DNA of 64,000 nucleotides. Source: Malacoraja senta. Taxonomy: Eukaryota. The translations under genes were made by a program, and so were the position numbers. The notes beneath the pieces were generated by a model, which was not told the DNA's origin, searched no databases, and saw only the letters and a list, made by a program, of their open reading frames with translations. Positions 48,014-61,525 of the stretch are shown piece by piece. The DNA lies in the NCBI GenBank assembly GCA_038087875.1, contig CM076000.1:1612001-1676000 (forward strand). Direction: 5' to 3'. Every line of letters starts with the position of its first letter. The first letter of the stretch is position 1.

Positions 48014-49785
48014 TAATCCATAAAAACCTTTACTTTTTGCACTTTGCAATTTATCCTGCCAAACCAGATTCTTTAACAGCATTAGGTGTTAAACCAGCAG
48101 GATGCTCCTCAGCTTCTTCCCGCAGGTTATAAGACTGATAAACGGACTTTGTTCCCTGCCAAAGTATCGTGCACCAACCACCAACCTGGACACACTGCAG
48201 CAGAGCCACTGTCGTGCCGCTGCCGATCGGAACGCCTGTTGATGTTTAGTAGAGTAGAGTGTTAATTTGTTCATGATATATGTATTTTTACTTCTATTTA
48301 TTTTTTACTGCACACTGAAATGGACACTGGTTGAGGAACGTTTTTTTGTTTCCTCTGGGTATGCGAATACTCAGGAAATGACAATAAAGATATACAATAC
48401 AATACAATGTTCCTTTTGTATGTCAAATTCTGTTAATGTAATGGTTAACGGCCATTTTAAATGTTATTCATGGCATCCCTCTCTTTCACATAATCACAAA
48501 TAGGCATGGAGTACAAATAGTTTATAATTATTAACTGACCTCGCTGAATTGAATGAAATGAGCTTTCCTCTCTGTTTGTGAAAGATTGTGGCTGTTTAGC
48601 TATTCAGACTCCGTTTTTGGTAGGATTACCTAACTAGAATAATAACAAATGGAAAAAAAAGCTTTGCATTTCAGTTTTATGTGGGTAGTGAGTATTTCTG
48701 AATGGTGTATGAGCCTTTCATTTAATCTGAAGCTTGAAAGAATGCGATGAGTGTTGTGGTAGGTAACTTGGGAACGAACATACCTAAACCCGGAGTCAGC
48801 ACAACAAGGGACAATCAATATCATGCTTTACATTGTGAGGACTGTTGTTGTTGGATGGGGAAACGATTTGTAGGGCTATATATCATTTTCATCTTGGTGA
48901 CAATGACAAATGGTGGAATGGCTTAACATATTACATTAGCAAGTTTCAACATGTTTTGCATCTTTGTATTAACAAACAAATAATATGTTATTCGTTAGTG
49001 GTTGGCTAAAAATAGTATTCTTTAAATTTCAATTAAATATGCTACCACCATGCTGGGTGGAATAGATTAAAATTGAAATGGATCTTAAAATTGAACGTCC
49101 TAGAGGTATTATGGACCATCATCAACACTAGAACTGCAATGCATCATATTCAGTGATCTCGTGATCTCCAGATTACAATTAGGGCAGATGACCAACCTTG
49201 GTTCAATGAGGAGTGTACAAGTGAACACCAAGTCTGACAGAAATTGAGATGCAGACCACTTGAATCTATACACAGTTACAGTAGCAGATTTAAGTGATCC
49301 TCAAACCAATGGATTTGGCCACAGCTTTGTAACTATCTACTGTGAATAGTGGTGATCAATTAAACTACCTGGAGGAAGAGGTTCCAATCCTCATCTTCAA
49401 TGTTAGTATATGCATGCAAAAGTTAAAGCTGAATAATCCTCTTCATCTAAAATACTTTTTTCTGCCTCCTCCTTTGGCAACCACTTCACTGATTCCATTT
49501 TCATCAGTTCAATTCATTTTATATTACATCAAGAAACTGCTTACCACATTGGACATAGCACAGGCTAAATCCTGGCAGCATCCTGGCTGAAATATTCAAA
49601 GTTGTGTTGTTCTATCACAGGCTGTCAGTTCCTATAGTAAAGCTGTTCTAACACAATTTTAATAGTGGCATTTATTAAACAATGTGAAAAATTAGACAGG
49701 TATGTCCTACCACTAAAATGGGAACAAAAAAGATGCAATTTGGGCATTTACTATGATTAGAACTGTTTATTTTCAATCACTCAGG

Positions 49786-50645
49786 ACATAGAAACATAGA
49801 AACATAGAAAATAGGTGAAGGAGTAGGCCATTCGGCCCTTCGAGCCTGCACCGCCATTCAATATGATCATGGCTGATCATCCAACTCAGTATCCTGTACC
49901 TGCCTTCTCTCCATACCCCCTGATCCCTTTAGCCACAAGGGCCACATCTAACTCCCTCTTAAATATAGCCAATGAACTGGCCTCAACTACCTTCTGTGGC
50001 AGAGTTCCAGAGATTCACCACTCTCTGTGTGAAAAATGTTTTTCTCATCTCAGTCCTAAAGGATTTCCCCTTTATCCTTAAACTGTGACCCCTTGTCCTG
50101 GACTTCCCCAACATCGGGAACAAACTTCCTGCATCTAGCCTGTCCAACCCCTTAAGAATTTTGTAAGTTTCTATAAGATCCCCCCTCAATCTTCTAAATT
50201 CTAGCGAGTAGAAGCCGAGTCTATCCAGTCTTTCTTCATATGAAAGTCCTGACATCCCAGGAATCAGTCCGGTGAACCTTCTCTGTACTCCCTCTATGGC
50301 AAGAATATCTTTCCTCAGATTTGGAGACCAAAACTGTACGCAATACTCCAGGTGTGGTCTCACCAAGACCCTGTACAACTGCAGTAGAACCTCCCTGCTC
50401 CTATACTCAAATCCTTTTGCTATGAATGCTAACATACCATTCACTTTCTTCACTGCCTGCTGCACCTGCATGCCTACTTTCAATGACTGGTGTACCATGA
50501 CACCCAGGTCTCGTTGCATCTCCCCTTTTCCTAATCGGCCACCATTTAGATAATAGTCTACTTTCCTGTTTTTGCCACCAAAGTGGATAACCTCACATTT
50601 ATCCACATTATACTGCATCTGCCATGCATTTTCCCACTCACCCAG
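49786..50645 (-). mobile_element. CR1 LINE 3' portion
   Basis: ORF 49983..50672 and a (CATAGAAA)n tail. Confidence 0.92.
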
Positions 50646-51159
50646 GACACCTTGTTTATTTAAAAAAAACAAGGAAATTTGAACCAGAGAGGAAAAGGCT
50701 GGAAGTATTTAGCAAGTCAGACTGCAGTTGTGGAGGGACAAACTGCTCACAGTTTCACACCAATGACTGCTAATCTTGCCCTCTCATGTCCCCTGGTTAA
50801 TTTTGTCTCTGTTATACCCTCTCTTGTTGAATATAATTTCCTTGAAAAAATTTGTTCAGCTGAAGTCGTTGTCCTGTGAACTTTGAGCATTGGTGTCTCT
50901 GTTTCTTCATGATTGCATTGGTCTATGAATCTGAAGCAAAGGTCTGATTTTTTCATTGCAGTTTCTTATTGTCTGCAAAGTAAATACCAAGGTTTGAATT
51001 AATCTCCAACTCCCTTCTCCAAGTCTCCAACCTTATTGACAATGTCCTAACATTTTCTTAAGTCTAGCTGTTTGCTTTATGGGTTGGTGGTAAATGCAGA
51101 CACTTGTACGAATGCACGAACACACATGCCTTAGTTTGGATCCTATCAGGATTACTTGG

Positions 51160-52490
51160 CTTTAGCAAGAAAAAAAGAGAGCAGCTGGAGGAACTGCCAG
51201 TCAGGCAGCATCTGTAGAAGGAAATGGACAGTTGCCATTTCAGATTTAGACACTTCATCTACACTGAAAGATTTGGGTAAGAGGCAGTATAAAGAGGTGG
51301 GGCGAGAGTAGGGTGGCAAGACCTAGCGGACAATAGTTGGCTAGAGATGATGAAGGAATAGTTAGCAGTTAAGTCAGGTGGGGGAGATAAGAGTGGAGAT
51401 AGCAACAGAAGCAGGGAATTATAAATGGAGAACAGAAGTGTGCAGATTCTGTAATCTGATAGAAATGGAAGGTGAAGAATGGCACTGAATGAAGGGTTGT
51501 GGGAGAAGGGAATGACAAATGGAGCAAATAGTGAACAAAAGGAGTGAAAGGGATTCAGTGGGAGGAATTTGTGGGGGAGGGGTAAAACAGGGGGTTATAG
51601 ATAAGGTAGGAAGAAGATGTTGTGAGAGAGGACCAGAGTAGATACTGTAGGAGGAGAGAGAAAGGGACAGAGTTGGTGTCGACAACCTCAAATTAGAGAA
51701 TTCAATGCCCACGCTGGTTTACATTCCAGCTAACTGGGAGTAAAAAAGACACAAAGTGCTGGGAGTACTCAGTGGGTCAGGCAGCATCTCTAGAGGGCAT
51801 GGATAGATGATGCTTCAGATCAGGACCCTTCTTCAGAATGGGATCTCTGACTCTGCTGATCTCACCCTCTCTAACTGTGGGTGTCAGTGGACCTATGGTA
51901 GATAGAGATATAGTGGAGAACATGCTGTTGGGTTGTGGGATATGAGATGCTGTTCCTCTAGTTTAGCGTTTGGCCTCACCTTGGCCGTGGTGGAGGCCAA
52001 GGACGGACAAGTCGGTGTGGGATTGGGAAGGGGAATTAAAATGGCAGGCAACCAATAGACGCAGATGGCCATAGTAGATTGGGTGTAGGTGTTAGGCAAA
52101 GCTGTTGCCTAGTCTGTGTTTGGTCTCACCATCAATGGAGAGGCCAGATCGAGAGCATCAAATGCACATAGACCAGCCTGGAGGAGGTAAAGGTCCCTTC
52201 ATGGAGGTGAGGGTGGTGCAATATGGAAAGATGTTACACCTGCAATTGTTGGGGAAAGTGCCTGGGAAAGGGAAGGGATGGGTGGGCAGCGATGAGCAAA
52301 CCAGGGAGTCATGGAGAGACTGGTCTCTGTGGGAAGTAGAAAGAGGTGTGGAGTTAAATATGTGTATGTGGTGGGATGTTCTTGTCATTGGCAGAAAAGA
52401 ATGACGTGCCGGTTGCAGAGGCTGGTGTAGTGAATGTAAGAACCAAGGAAATTCTACCCTTGTTCTGTCTGGGGGAGGTGAGTCCCTTTA
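51160..52490 (-). mobile_element. Decayed Penelope-like element (3' ORF and pLTR remnants)
   Basis: Peptide remnants RQNK.RI.LVLTF, DQSL.DSLV.SSLPT...PGTFP...RCN..PY and KLEEQHLI resemble the linker and GIY-YIG region of vertebrate Penelope-like elements. pLTR-like blocks lie near 51170-51260 and 51745-51836. Confidence 0.6.
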
Positions 52491-52542
52491 TCGCTATACT
52501 CTTCCCTCCCTCTGTTCTCTTCAAGAAACAACACCATGTCAA

Positions 52543-53774
52543 CGTGTAGGTAGGAACTGCAGATGTAATAATGGGGCATTTGGATAGTAGCAAAAGGATT
52601 AGTCCAAGTCAACATGGATTTATGAAAGGGAAATCATGCTTGAATAATCTTCTGGAATTTTTTGAGGATGTGACAAGTAAAATGGATGAAGGGGTGCCAG
52701 TGGATGTAGTGTATCTAGACTTTCAGAAAGCCTTTGATAAGGTCCCGCACGGGAGACTGGTGACTAAAATTAGAGCATATGGTATTGGGGGTAGGGTATT
52801 GACATGGATAGAAAATTGGTTGGCAGACCAGAAGCAAAGAGTAGGAATGAACGGGTCCTTTTCAGAATGGCAGGCAGTGGCGAGTGGAGTGCCGCAAGGC
52901 TCGGTGTTGGGGCCGCAACTGTTTACCATATATATTAATGATTTGGAAGAGGGAATTAGGAGCAACACTAGCAAGTTTGCGGATGACACAAAGCTGGGTG
53001 GCAGTGTGAACTGTGAAGAGGATGTTAGGAGGTTGCAGGGTGACCTGGACAGGTTGAATGAGTGGGCAGATGCATGGCAGATGCAGTATAATATAGATAA
53101 ATGTGAGGTTATCCACTTTGGCGGCAAAAACAAAAGCAAAAGATTAAAAAGACTAGGCTTGTATTCACTGGAGTTTAGAAGGATGAGGGGGATCTTATAG
53201 AAACATATAACATTATAAAAGGACTGGACAAGCTAGATGCAGGAAAAATGTTCCCAATGTTGGGCGAGTCCAGAACCAGGGGCCACAGTCTTAGAATAAA
53301 GGGGAGGACATTTAAGACTGAGGTGAGAAAAAACTTTTTCACCCAGAGAGTTGTGAATTTATGGAATTCCCTGCCACAGAGGGCAGTGGAGGCCAAATCA
53401 CTAGATGGATTTAAGAGAGAGTTAGATAGAGCTCTAGAGGCTAGTGGAGTCAAGGGATATGGGGAGAAGGCAGGCACGGATTATTGATAGGGGACGATCA
53501 GCCATGATCACAATGAATGGCGGTGCTGGCTCGAAGGGCCGAATGGCTTCCTCTTGCACCTATTTTCTATGTTTCTCTATGTTTCTATGCTGGTTTAAAC
53601 CGAAGATAGACACAAAAGGATGGAGTAACTCATCGGGACAGGCAGCATCTCTGGAGAGAATGGGTGACATTTCGGGTCGAGACCCTTCTTCAGACTCTCG
53701 ACCCGAAAATGTCACCCATTCCTTCTCTCCAGAGATGCTGCCTGCCCGCTGAGTTACTCCAGCTTTTTGTGTCT
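52543..53774. mobile_element. Fold-back Penelope-derived mini-element with a 13-bp TSD, interrupted by a CR1
   Basis: AACACCATGTCAA at 52530-52542 and 53775-53787. GGAACTGCAGATG|CTGGTTT is split by the CR1. Inverted arms surround 53684-53695. Confidence 0.7.
52566..53590 (+). mobile_element. CR1 LINE with an internal deletion
   Basis: ORFs 52571..53200 and 53248..53487, and a TATGTTTC tail near 53570-53590. Confidence 0.92.
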
Positions 53775-53893
53775 AACACCATGTCAATGGTCCATTCCAG
53801 ATATGACTCATCTTTTGTCCTGTTGTCATTACTGGATTATTGGTTGCTACATTTCCACTCCATGTCCCACTCCATGTTTCCATCCTAATTATT

Positions 53894-54322
53894 TAGAAAC
53901 ATAGAAAAATAGATGCAGGAGTAGGTCATTCGGCCCTTCCAGCCAGCACCGCCATACAATATGATCATGGCTGATCATCTAAAATCAGTACCCCGTTCCT
54001 GCTTTTTTCCCATATCCCTTGATTCCTTTAGCCCTAAGAGTTAAATCTAACTCTCTTGAAAACATCCAGTGAATTGGCCTCCACTGCCTTCTGTGGCAGA
54101 GAATTCCACAGATTCATAACTCTCTGGATGAAGACATTTTTCCTCATCTCATCATCAGGCCTACCCCTTATTCTTAAACTGTGACACCAACATCGGGAAC
54201 ATTTTTCCTGTCCAATCCTTTAAGAATTTTATATGTTTCTATAAGACCCCTGGGTCTTATAAATTCCAGTGAATACAAGCCCAGTCAACCCATTCTTTCA
54301 TCATATGTCAGTCCCACCATCC
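53894..54322 (-). mobile_element. CR1 3' fragment
   Basis: Same tail and 3' sequence as the copy at 2255. Confidence 0.85.
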
Positions 54323-55426
54323 TAAGCTGTGGGCCGAGGTGCTTTTTCATTTCATTTCGTGACCCAAATCACGTATCCAACTGTATTTTTAACATATTGT
54401 GTAAAAATATTATATAAATCATACCTGAAACTCGTCAAGAACAAAACTTGCACATATTTTTAAAACATGAGAAAAACCTCAAATTTTCCGAGTAGTAATT
54501 GTCCAATCAAAGCACATCCGACATTGAGTTGGACACCAATTGACCAATCACGTGCTTTGTTTCAGGCTAGCTAGGCAGAGAGCACTCTGGGATCATGGCG
54601 GAGAGGAAGGTTAGTGCAAGAGGTTTTAACTGTCAAAACAATAATACAAATAACCTCACATGATTATCTACACCATAATAAACCATGACAGTATGATTGA
54701 TGATTACTGTGAACTTTCAGCAAGTTGTCATCTAGTTTTTGCAAGTGAACTGCAGATTACTGGGCATGCATACGTTTGAAAGAGTTCAACTTTGAGGAAG
54801 ACTCTGGATAAGAATACTTTGAATACACAACTGTACTAAAGTAACAATGTTTTCCAAAAAGGAGACCAGTACAAGACATGATTATTAATGTGAGATTGTA
54901 GGGTTTTCTTTCGTACATCGCGCACAAATAAAAATCCAATGTTTCTTTTTGTAAACTAGCCATTCATCACATTCCCACCTATGAAATCTAAACCAAAAGA
55001 TTGGGAAAATAAATGATTATATACAGTCTACTTTTGCTGTTTAGTGTGTCCAGGTTTGAATTGATATAAACCCAGGAGAGAGGAATACAACACATCTCAT
55101 CGATTACAGTAGGGATGAGAAAGGTCCGCCTGTTCATTTCAGTTACAGCGAAGCGCGGTGGTTGGATCGATTTTAATCAACAGATTCCCAGCAATGCAGT
55201 GAGGAATGATCTCGCTGTACAGAGAGGGGATACGCCTCACTGTGACCCCAAAGTGTACCACGGGTCGTGCTTCATTCTCCGAGATGGGTTGGGAGACAGC
55301 CCGAGGTCAGGCAGTGATTGAGGCCACTAAGACTTAATGAACAGATCAAGACTTAATCCAGATCAAGTCCAGCGATCCTGACCACTGGTTTGTGCAAAGT
55401 ACCTAAAACAAAGTTACTTTCCTCTG

Positions 55427-55656
55427 GTAGACACACGATGCTAGAGTAGCTCAGCGGGACAAGCAGCATCTCTGGAGAAAAGGAATAGGTGACGTTTGGG
55501 GTCAAGTCCCTTCTTCAGACTGAGAGACACAGATATCTTTAGTTTCTCTCCCCCCTCACTCTCAAACTGAAGAAAGGTCTGGACCTGAAACGTCGCCTAT
55601 CCATTTTCTCCAGAGATGCTGCTTGACCAGCTGAGTTACTCCAGCAAGTGTGTCTA
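55427..55656. mobile_element. Inverted pair of Penelope-derived pLTR fragments with hammerhead-like cores
   Basis: Minus-strand core at 55491-55518. Plus-strand core CTGAAGA-A-AGGTC-TG-GACCT-GAAAC-GTC at 55567-55594. Confidence 0.65.
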
Positions 55657-56623
55657 CCAGAGGAAAGTAACTGGCAGTCAGTGGGGAATGCACAGCATAT
55701 GTGCATCAGGGCAGGTTCAGGAGCCGGTGAAACCCGGGTCAGCATGGCCTGGGCTGCACAAAGTGGCAAACTTGGCTGGGCCGCCAGGGGTAAAGTTGCG
55801 GGCAGGGCAGGAACGTTGAGAAGGAGGGGGTCGGGGATCATGCCAGCAACTCACTCACCGCTGCCGCGATGCTTCGTGAGCTTCGATCGCCGGCTGCGGG
55901 AGCTTCGATCGCCCTGACGAACGCGGGAGAAAAAGGAGGAAAGAAGATAAGACTTTATTGCCTTCCATCACAGTGAGGAATGTGGAGGAGCCACTGTGGT
56001 AGATGTTTACGTCACATTTTATGTAGTTGTGTGTCTTGTTGCTTTTTGGTATCTGTATGGCAAATCAAATTCCTCATATGTTGCAAAACATACTTGGCTA
56101 ATAAATTACGATTATGATTATGTTGTCTATTTGCAGATATTTTCTTAGCACTTCCAGAGAATGACAATGAGCATAAACCATCTTTGCATGTGACAACCTC
56201 AAAATGGTGCTTCAAATTGCAAAAGCTGTTTATTGTTCTATACTGTGATGGTTATTTTAACTCATTGACTACTACTGTCCTCAGTGGAGAGTAATATTTA
56301 CAAGCATAGGCAATACTCTTTTTGAGCTTTGTTGTTGAAAACCATCAGAACAGTCAAGGCAACAGAATCGTTGCTTGAAGGTCCCATTGATCTGGACAAT
56401 GAGAGCTTTATTCAGCTTTTATTTATGACAGCAACCCAGGACAACTGCCTTCCTAAGACAAATAATTAAATAAGTTTGCATAAGACATTACTTGTTCCCA
56501 AAAACCAGCCTCACTGTGTGGAGGCAGAGCATTTTTATAAATTCATTTTTGCTAACTTGACCTAGTTGTCCTCGAGGCAATGTTGAGCCTCCTTTTTGAA
56601 TCACTAGTCTTTCTGCTAATATA

Positions 56624-57488
56624 CAGTAAACCCTCATTTTAACAGACCTCTTTATAATGGATTTTGCTTACAGCGGACTGACCTACCAATGGTTGCCCAA
56701 GCATCGCCTGGCTTGCTCCGCCTTCCCTGCTGCTTAGACCGCCAGCTGCCTGCACCACCCCCAGCTTGTACCCCCTGCCATTTACAGCTGGCTGCCCGCT
56801 CTACCCCTGGCTCTCGCTGCCTCCCCTGCCACTTCCAGCTGGCTGCCCGTGCCACCCCTGGATCTTGCCACCTCCCCTGCCGCTTCCTGCCGGCTGCCCA
56901 CTCCACCCCTGGCTCATGCCGCCTCCCCTGCCACGTACAGCGCCGGCTGCCCACACCATCCCCGGCTAACGCTGCCTCCAAACCGCGTCTGCCACCGCCG
57001 ACCCTCCCCTGCACTCAGGCCACCTGGGGGCTGCGACCATTGACTTCGCTGATCCTCATCTCTTCCCCAGCCACCAGCAGACGGGCTGCCAACTCACCTG
57101 AATTCCAGGCCCAGTTCCAAACCGAGAGTCTGAAGAAGAGTCTCAACCCGAAACGTCACCCATCCATGTTCTTGAGAGATGCTGCCTAGTATGTGGAATT
57201 ACTCCATACACTTTGTATATTAACCAGCATCTGCAGTTGTTTGTTTCTACTTGTGGCAGGGGAGGTGGCAAGAGCCGGGTTGGCGCAGGCAGCCAGCTGG
57301 AAGTGGCAGGGGAGGCAGCGAGAGCCAGGGGTGGGGTGGGCAGCCAGCTGTAAATGGCAGGAGAGGGGGGTACAACCTGAGGGTGGTGCAGGCAGCTGGC
57401 AGACTGCTACATACAATAATATCTTATATTGGCAATAACGGACGCCCCCCCCCCCCCCCCCATGGTCTGTTATAACAAGGGATTATTG
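56624..57488. mobile_element. Tigger/pogo-like MITE with a TA TSD, internal minisatellite and Penelope-derived insert
   Basis: TA|CAGTAAACCCTCATTTTAACAGACC ... GGTCTGTTATAACAAGGGATTATTG|TA. GC-rich repeats of about 45 bp occur in both orientations. A pLTR-like block lies at about 57125-57245. Confidence 0.7.
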
Positions 57489-58069
57489 TACTCTCACAAT
57501 GCAATTGAGCAGTGAGTTCCAAGTTTTAGCTCCAGTGACAATGAAGTACAGGTGACATATTTCAAAGTTGTGATGATGCATGACTTAGAGGATAACCTTT
57601 AGGTGATGGTTTTCCTTTGTCTCACTTGGTGGTTAGAGGGTGTAGATTTAGGGAGTGTTATCAGATTAGCCTGAGTGAATAATTTTGTGAATGTTGCACA
57701 GCGAAGGCAACGAGTACTGCTGGTGGATGGAATGAATGTTAGGATGATTGAAGCCCTTTCAAGGCTGCTTTATCCTGGATAGCATCGATCTTCCTGAGAG
57801 TTGTTGGCACTGCGCTCATCGAGACAAGTAGCATATTCAACCATGCTGCTGATTTATTCCTAGCAGATGATGAAAAAGGCCTTGGGATGCGTATATGTGA
57901 GTCACTCATAGGATACCCAGCCTTTGACCTGATTTTAATGTCATTGATGAATCAGCTGAAAATGGTTGCACCTGGTACGGCCTTGAGGTACTCCTCCTTG
58001 ACCTCCAACAGCCTTCTCAGTATTTTTCCTTTCATGCCCATTGACTTCAGTTTTACCAGGACTTTTTGA

Positions 58070-58635
58070 GATGTGAGACCACACCTGGAGTGTTGTGCGC
58101 AGTTTTGGTCTCCAAATTTGAGGAAGGACATTCTTGCTATTGAGGGAGTGCAGCATAGGTTCACAAGGTTAATTCCCGGGATGGCGGGACTGTCATATGC
58201 TGAGAGAATGGAGCAGGTGGGCTTGTATACTCTGGAATTTAGAAGAATGAGAGGGGATCTTATTGAAACATATAAGATTAGTAAGGGTTTGGACACGCTA
58301 GAGGCAGGAAACGTGTTCCCGATGAACATGGGAACTCCAGAACCAGGGGCCACTGTTTAAGAATAAGGGGTAAGCCATTTAGAACAGAGATCAGGAAACA
58401 CTTTTTCACACAGAGTTGTGAGTGTGGAATTCTCTGCCTCAGAGGGCGGTGGAGGCCGGTTCTCTGGATATTTTCAAGAGAGAGCTAGATAGGGCTCTTA
58501 AAGATAGCAGAGTCAGGGGATATGAAGAGAAGGCAGGAACGGTGTACTGATTGTGGATGATCAGCCAGGATCACATTGAATGGCGGTGCTGGCTTGAAGG
58601 GCCGAATGGCCTACTCCTGCACCTATTGTCTATTA
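58070..58635 (+). mobile_element. CR1 3' portion
   Basis: ORF 58073..58360 (RPHLECCAQFWSPNLRKDI...). Confidence 0.9.
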
Positions 58636-60985
58636 ATACCACATTTGCCCATATGTGGCCTTGCATTCACTCTTGCCTCACTTCTAGAATTCAGCTCTTT
58701 AGTTTGTGTTTGGACCAAGGGTGTGACAATGTCCAGAAAAGACCTGGCAAAATCATACTGACTTGTTAGGGTTGTCTGTAACCTAACTTGAACCAGTCAC
58801 ACTCAGCCCTCTCATTCCTGCTTTTGTGGTGCCCTTAAATTCTAATAAATATTTAAGGATTTTTTATAATTTTTGAGTGATGGTTCAACATGAATATTTG
58901 TTTTAAAACACTCCTCTGAACCACATTGGCATGTTAAAGGCACTAACTAAATGGACATTGTTATTGATCCCTGAGTATGTTGAGTCAGGCCCTTAGCTAA
59001 GCAGGCGATTAAGTGCAAATGCACTTCAATAAAATCAAGGCTGATCTGATGAGAATTTTAAGTCTCCACTCTCACCTATTCCCACTAACTTTTCACCCCC
59101 TTGCTTATCAGGAATCCAACTCAAATATCTTAAATATTCAGACTGCTTCTATTGCCTTTAAGAGAGCATTCCAAAGACGCATTGCTCTGAGAATTTTAGG
59201 TGTACATTATTTAATTGTAGGTGTATATTTGGAGCACTGTGTGCCACAGTTCAGGAAGGATATGGAGGCTTTGAGAAGGTGCAAGACATTCACCAAGATG
59301 TTCTCTGGATTAGAGTGTGTTAGCTATAAGGAGAAATTGGACAAGCTTGAATCGTTTTCTCTGTAGTGTCAAAGGACGAGCGATTTTGGATTGCTCTAGA
59401 ACATATATGATAATTTGATAATTGAAAAGTATCTTTTGTTGTAAACTTCCATTGCTTTTAATGCAATTTAGTCTGCTGCCATAAAATCTGAAAATTGATT
59501 ATGGCCCTGAAGTCTAAGCCATTAACTGAATGTCGATCAATCAGTTTGATGCAGATTTACAAGACCAATTACTGAATGGGGGGGGGGGGGGGGGGGTGTC
59601 CTTAGAGCAACAGAGAAAGCTTGGTCTATATTAGCTGGATTTTAGAAGAATGAGAGGTGATCCCGTCGTGGTGTAAATTCTGGGATTGACATGGTAAATG
59701 CTGAGCAGCTGTTTTTAGACATAGATAGCAACAACTACAAATCCAATTCATTGAGCTTGCTTTATTCAATGGCTTCAGATTTATTTGCCTTTTCTTACAG
59801 GGTGTCCCAGAGGAAGGCCTATAATGTTCCTAATTCTAAATAGTGCCAATTGACCGTCTGACCTGGTTTTGAAATGTTATTGATTGCACAGTCAAACAAA
59901 TGTATTATTGAAGCCAGGTCTTATTTAATACTTCAATTTTGAATCACCTGTTATTGTCTGCAATGATATAACAAAGCATTGTTTTTGTGGGTTTCGATTT
60001 ATTGAAATATTGATTAATTTCTATGCAGTTTAGAAGAAGACAGTGGACTGCAGAAATAGTTCATGCCAAGGTTACCACCTTTACAGAACCAGTCTTATAA
60101 TGGCGCAATGGAACTATACCTAGAAAAGTATAAAAAGCAGAATTTAGTGTGCATGTCAATAGCCAAGGCTTATGGCTGTTAATTCACATTTCTGTAAATG
60201 GGAGTATGATTTGAACAATGTACAGTGAAGTAAACACTGTCCCAAACATGTTTAATGTTCTCATTTAGAGATGTGTATTAATTACTATTAAAATGTTTCA
60301 ATGACTTGCATTTTAGGACAATACATGTTATCAGGATTAAAGTACTTAAATAACAATAAGATAAGAGGCATGTTTATTGTTTCCTCGGTGCGCTAGGAAA
60401 AGCCTTTTACTGGTCATGCATGTTCTGACACACAAATTAAAACTCAAGATTCTCAAAGCCAAACTTTATTAGTGCAAAAGAAACGGCGTAGATTAAAGTT
60501 TCCAGGTACATTTCTAAATTTCATTATTTAAACATTTAAATAATACAATGTAAAAACCCTTTAATCCACCCTGAAAATCTAGAGTTGAAGAATAATGGAG
60601 ATCACCACAGTAAATGAACCATCTACACAAATCACTTGAAGATTTTTCACGAGACAAATAGTTTAATAAAATCATGCATTTTTGAAAATAATTTGAGATT
60701 CATTGTATGTTTGTGTAAATAAATTGATAAAGACATTCACTGAAATTCCTGGATGTTTATGCTTGGCATTTATTAAATATTTTGGAATATTTCTTGTAAA
60801 CATACAAATAATATCCCTCAATGTAATTAACTAAAAATAATCAATGTAACTATTTAAACAGGTTTAATTTTATTTAAACTGCATTGCATTCATGGATTCA
60901 CAAACAGAAAACTTTGTTTGTTGAGAAAATCTACTTTTTATAGTGGATTTTCTTCTGTAGAAAGGTTTTGCATTCAGTAGAATTA

Positions 60986-61087
60986 TCAAGGACTGTCCCC
61001 TGACCGCTTCCAGGCTTCATGTACTCCAGCAATAGTTTCTTTCTTTACGCATTTAAAATAGCCCTTCAAACCATGTTGTGTTGGTGC
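60986..61087 (-). CDS. MICU2: MICU2 last coding exon (102 bp): APTQHGLKGYFKCVKKETIAGVHEAWKRSGDSP*
   Basis: CCACAG acceptor, phase 0 with the previous exon, TGA at 60988-60986. Carries the Y.KCVKKE.I.GV.E.WK C-terminal helix motif. Several AATAAA candidates follow on the minus strand (e.g. 60769-60774, 60373-60378). Confidence 0.92.
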   Translation of the reverse strand, partial: APTQHGLKGYFKCVKKETIAGVHEAWKRSGDSP

Positions 61088-61372
61088 CTGTGGAAATGAA
61101 AGTAATATGTTGCAGCCGCTGTAAATAGATACAGCTGTGGTTCTCTACTTTCATACAAAATAAAAGAATGCTAAATGGCCCTTTGAGCCTGTTCAGCCAA
61201 TCAATAAGCTTATTGCTGAATCCACTTTTCTGACCAGACTCCTAAGCCCTCAACTATAATGAAAAACAGATAAGATTGCAGCTAGAATCTGGAACATAAA
61301 GAGAAATGCTGGAAGAACACAGCTAGTCAACCAGCATCTGTGAAAAGAGAAACCAGTTGATGTTTCCTTATC

Positions 61373-61525
61373 ATAGAAACATATAGAAAATAGGTGCAAA
61401 GTAGGCTATTCGGCCATTCAAGCTAGCACCGCCATTCAATCTGATCATCCAAAATCAGTACCTCATTCCTGCTTTCTCCACATATCACTTGATTCCGTTA
61501 GCCCTAAGAGCTATATCTAACTCAT
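61373..61525 (-). mobile_element. Short CR1 3' end in the last intron of MICU2
   Basis: CATAGAAACATATAGAAAATAGGTGC tail. Confidence 0.7.

Noticed and set aside
56720..57400. CRISPR-like repeat array
   Set aside because: The repeats are tandem and degenerate, lack unique spacers, and lie inside a eukaryotic MITE. No cas genes are present.
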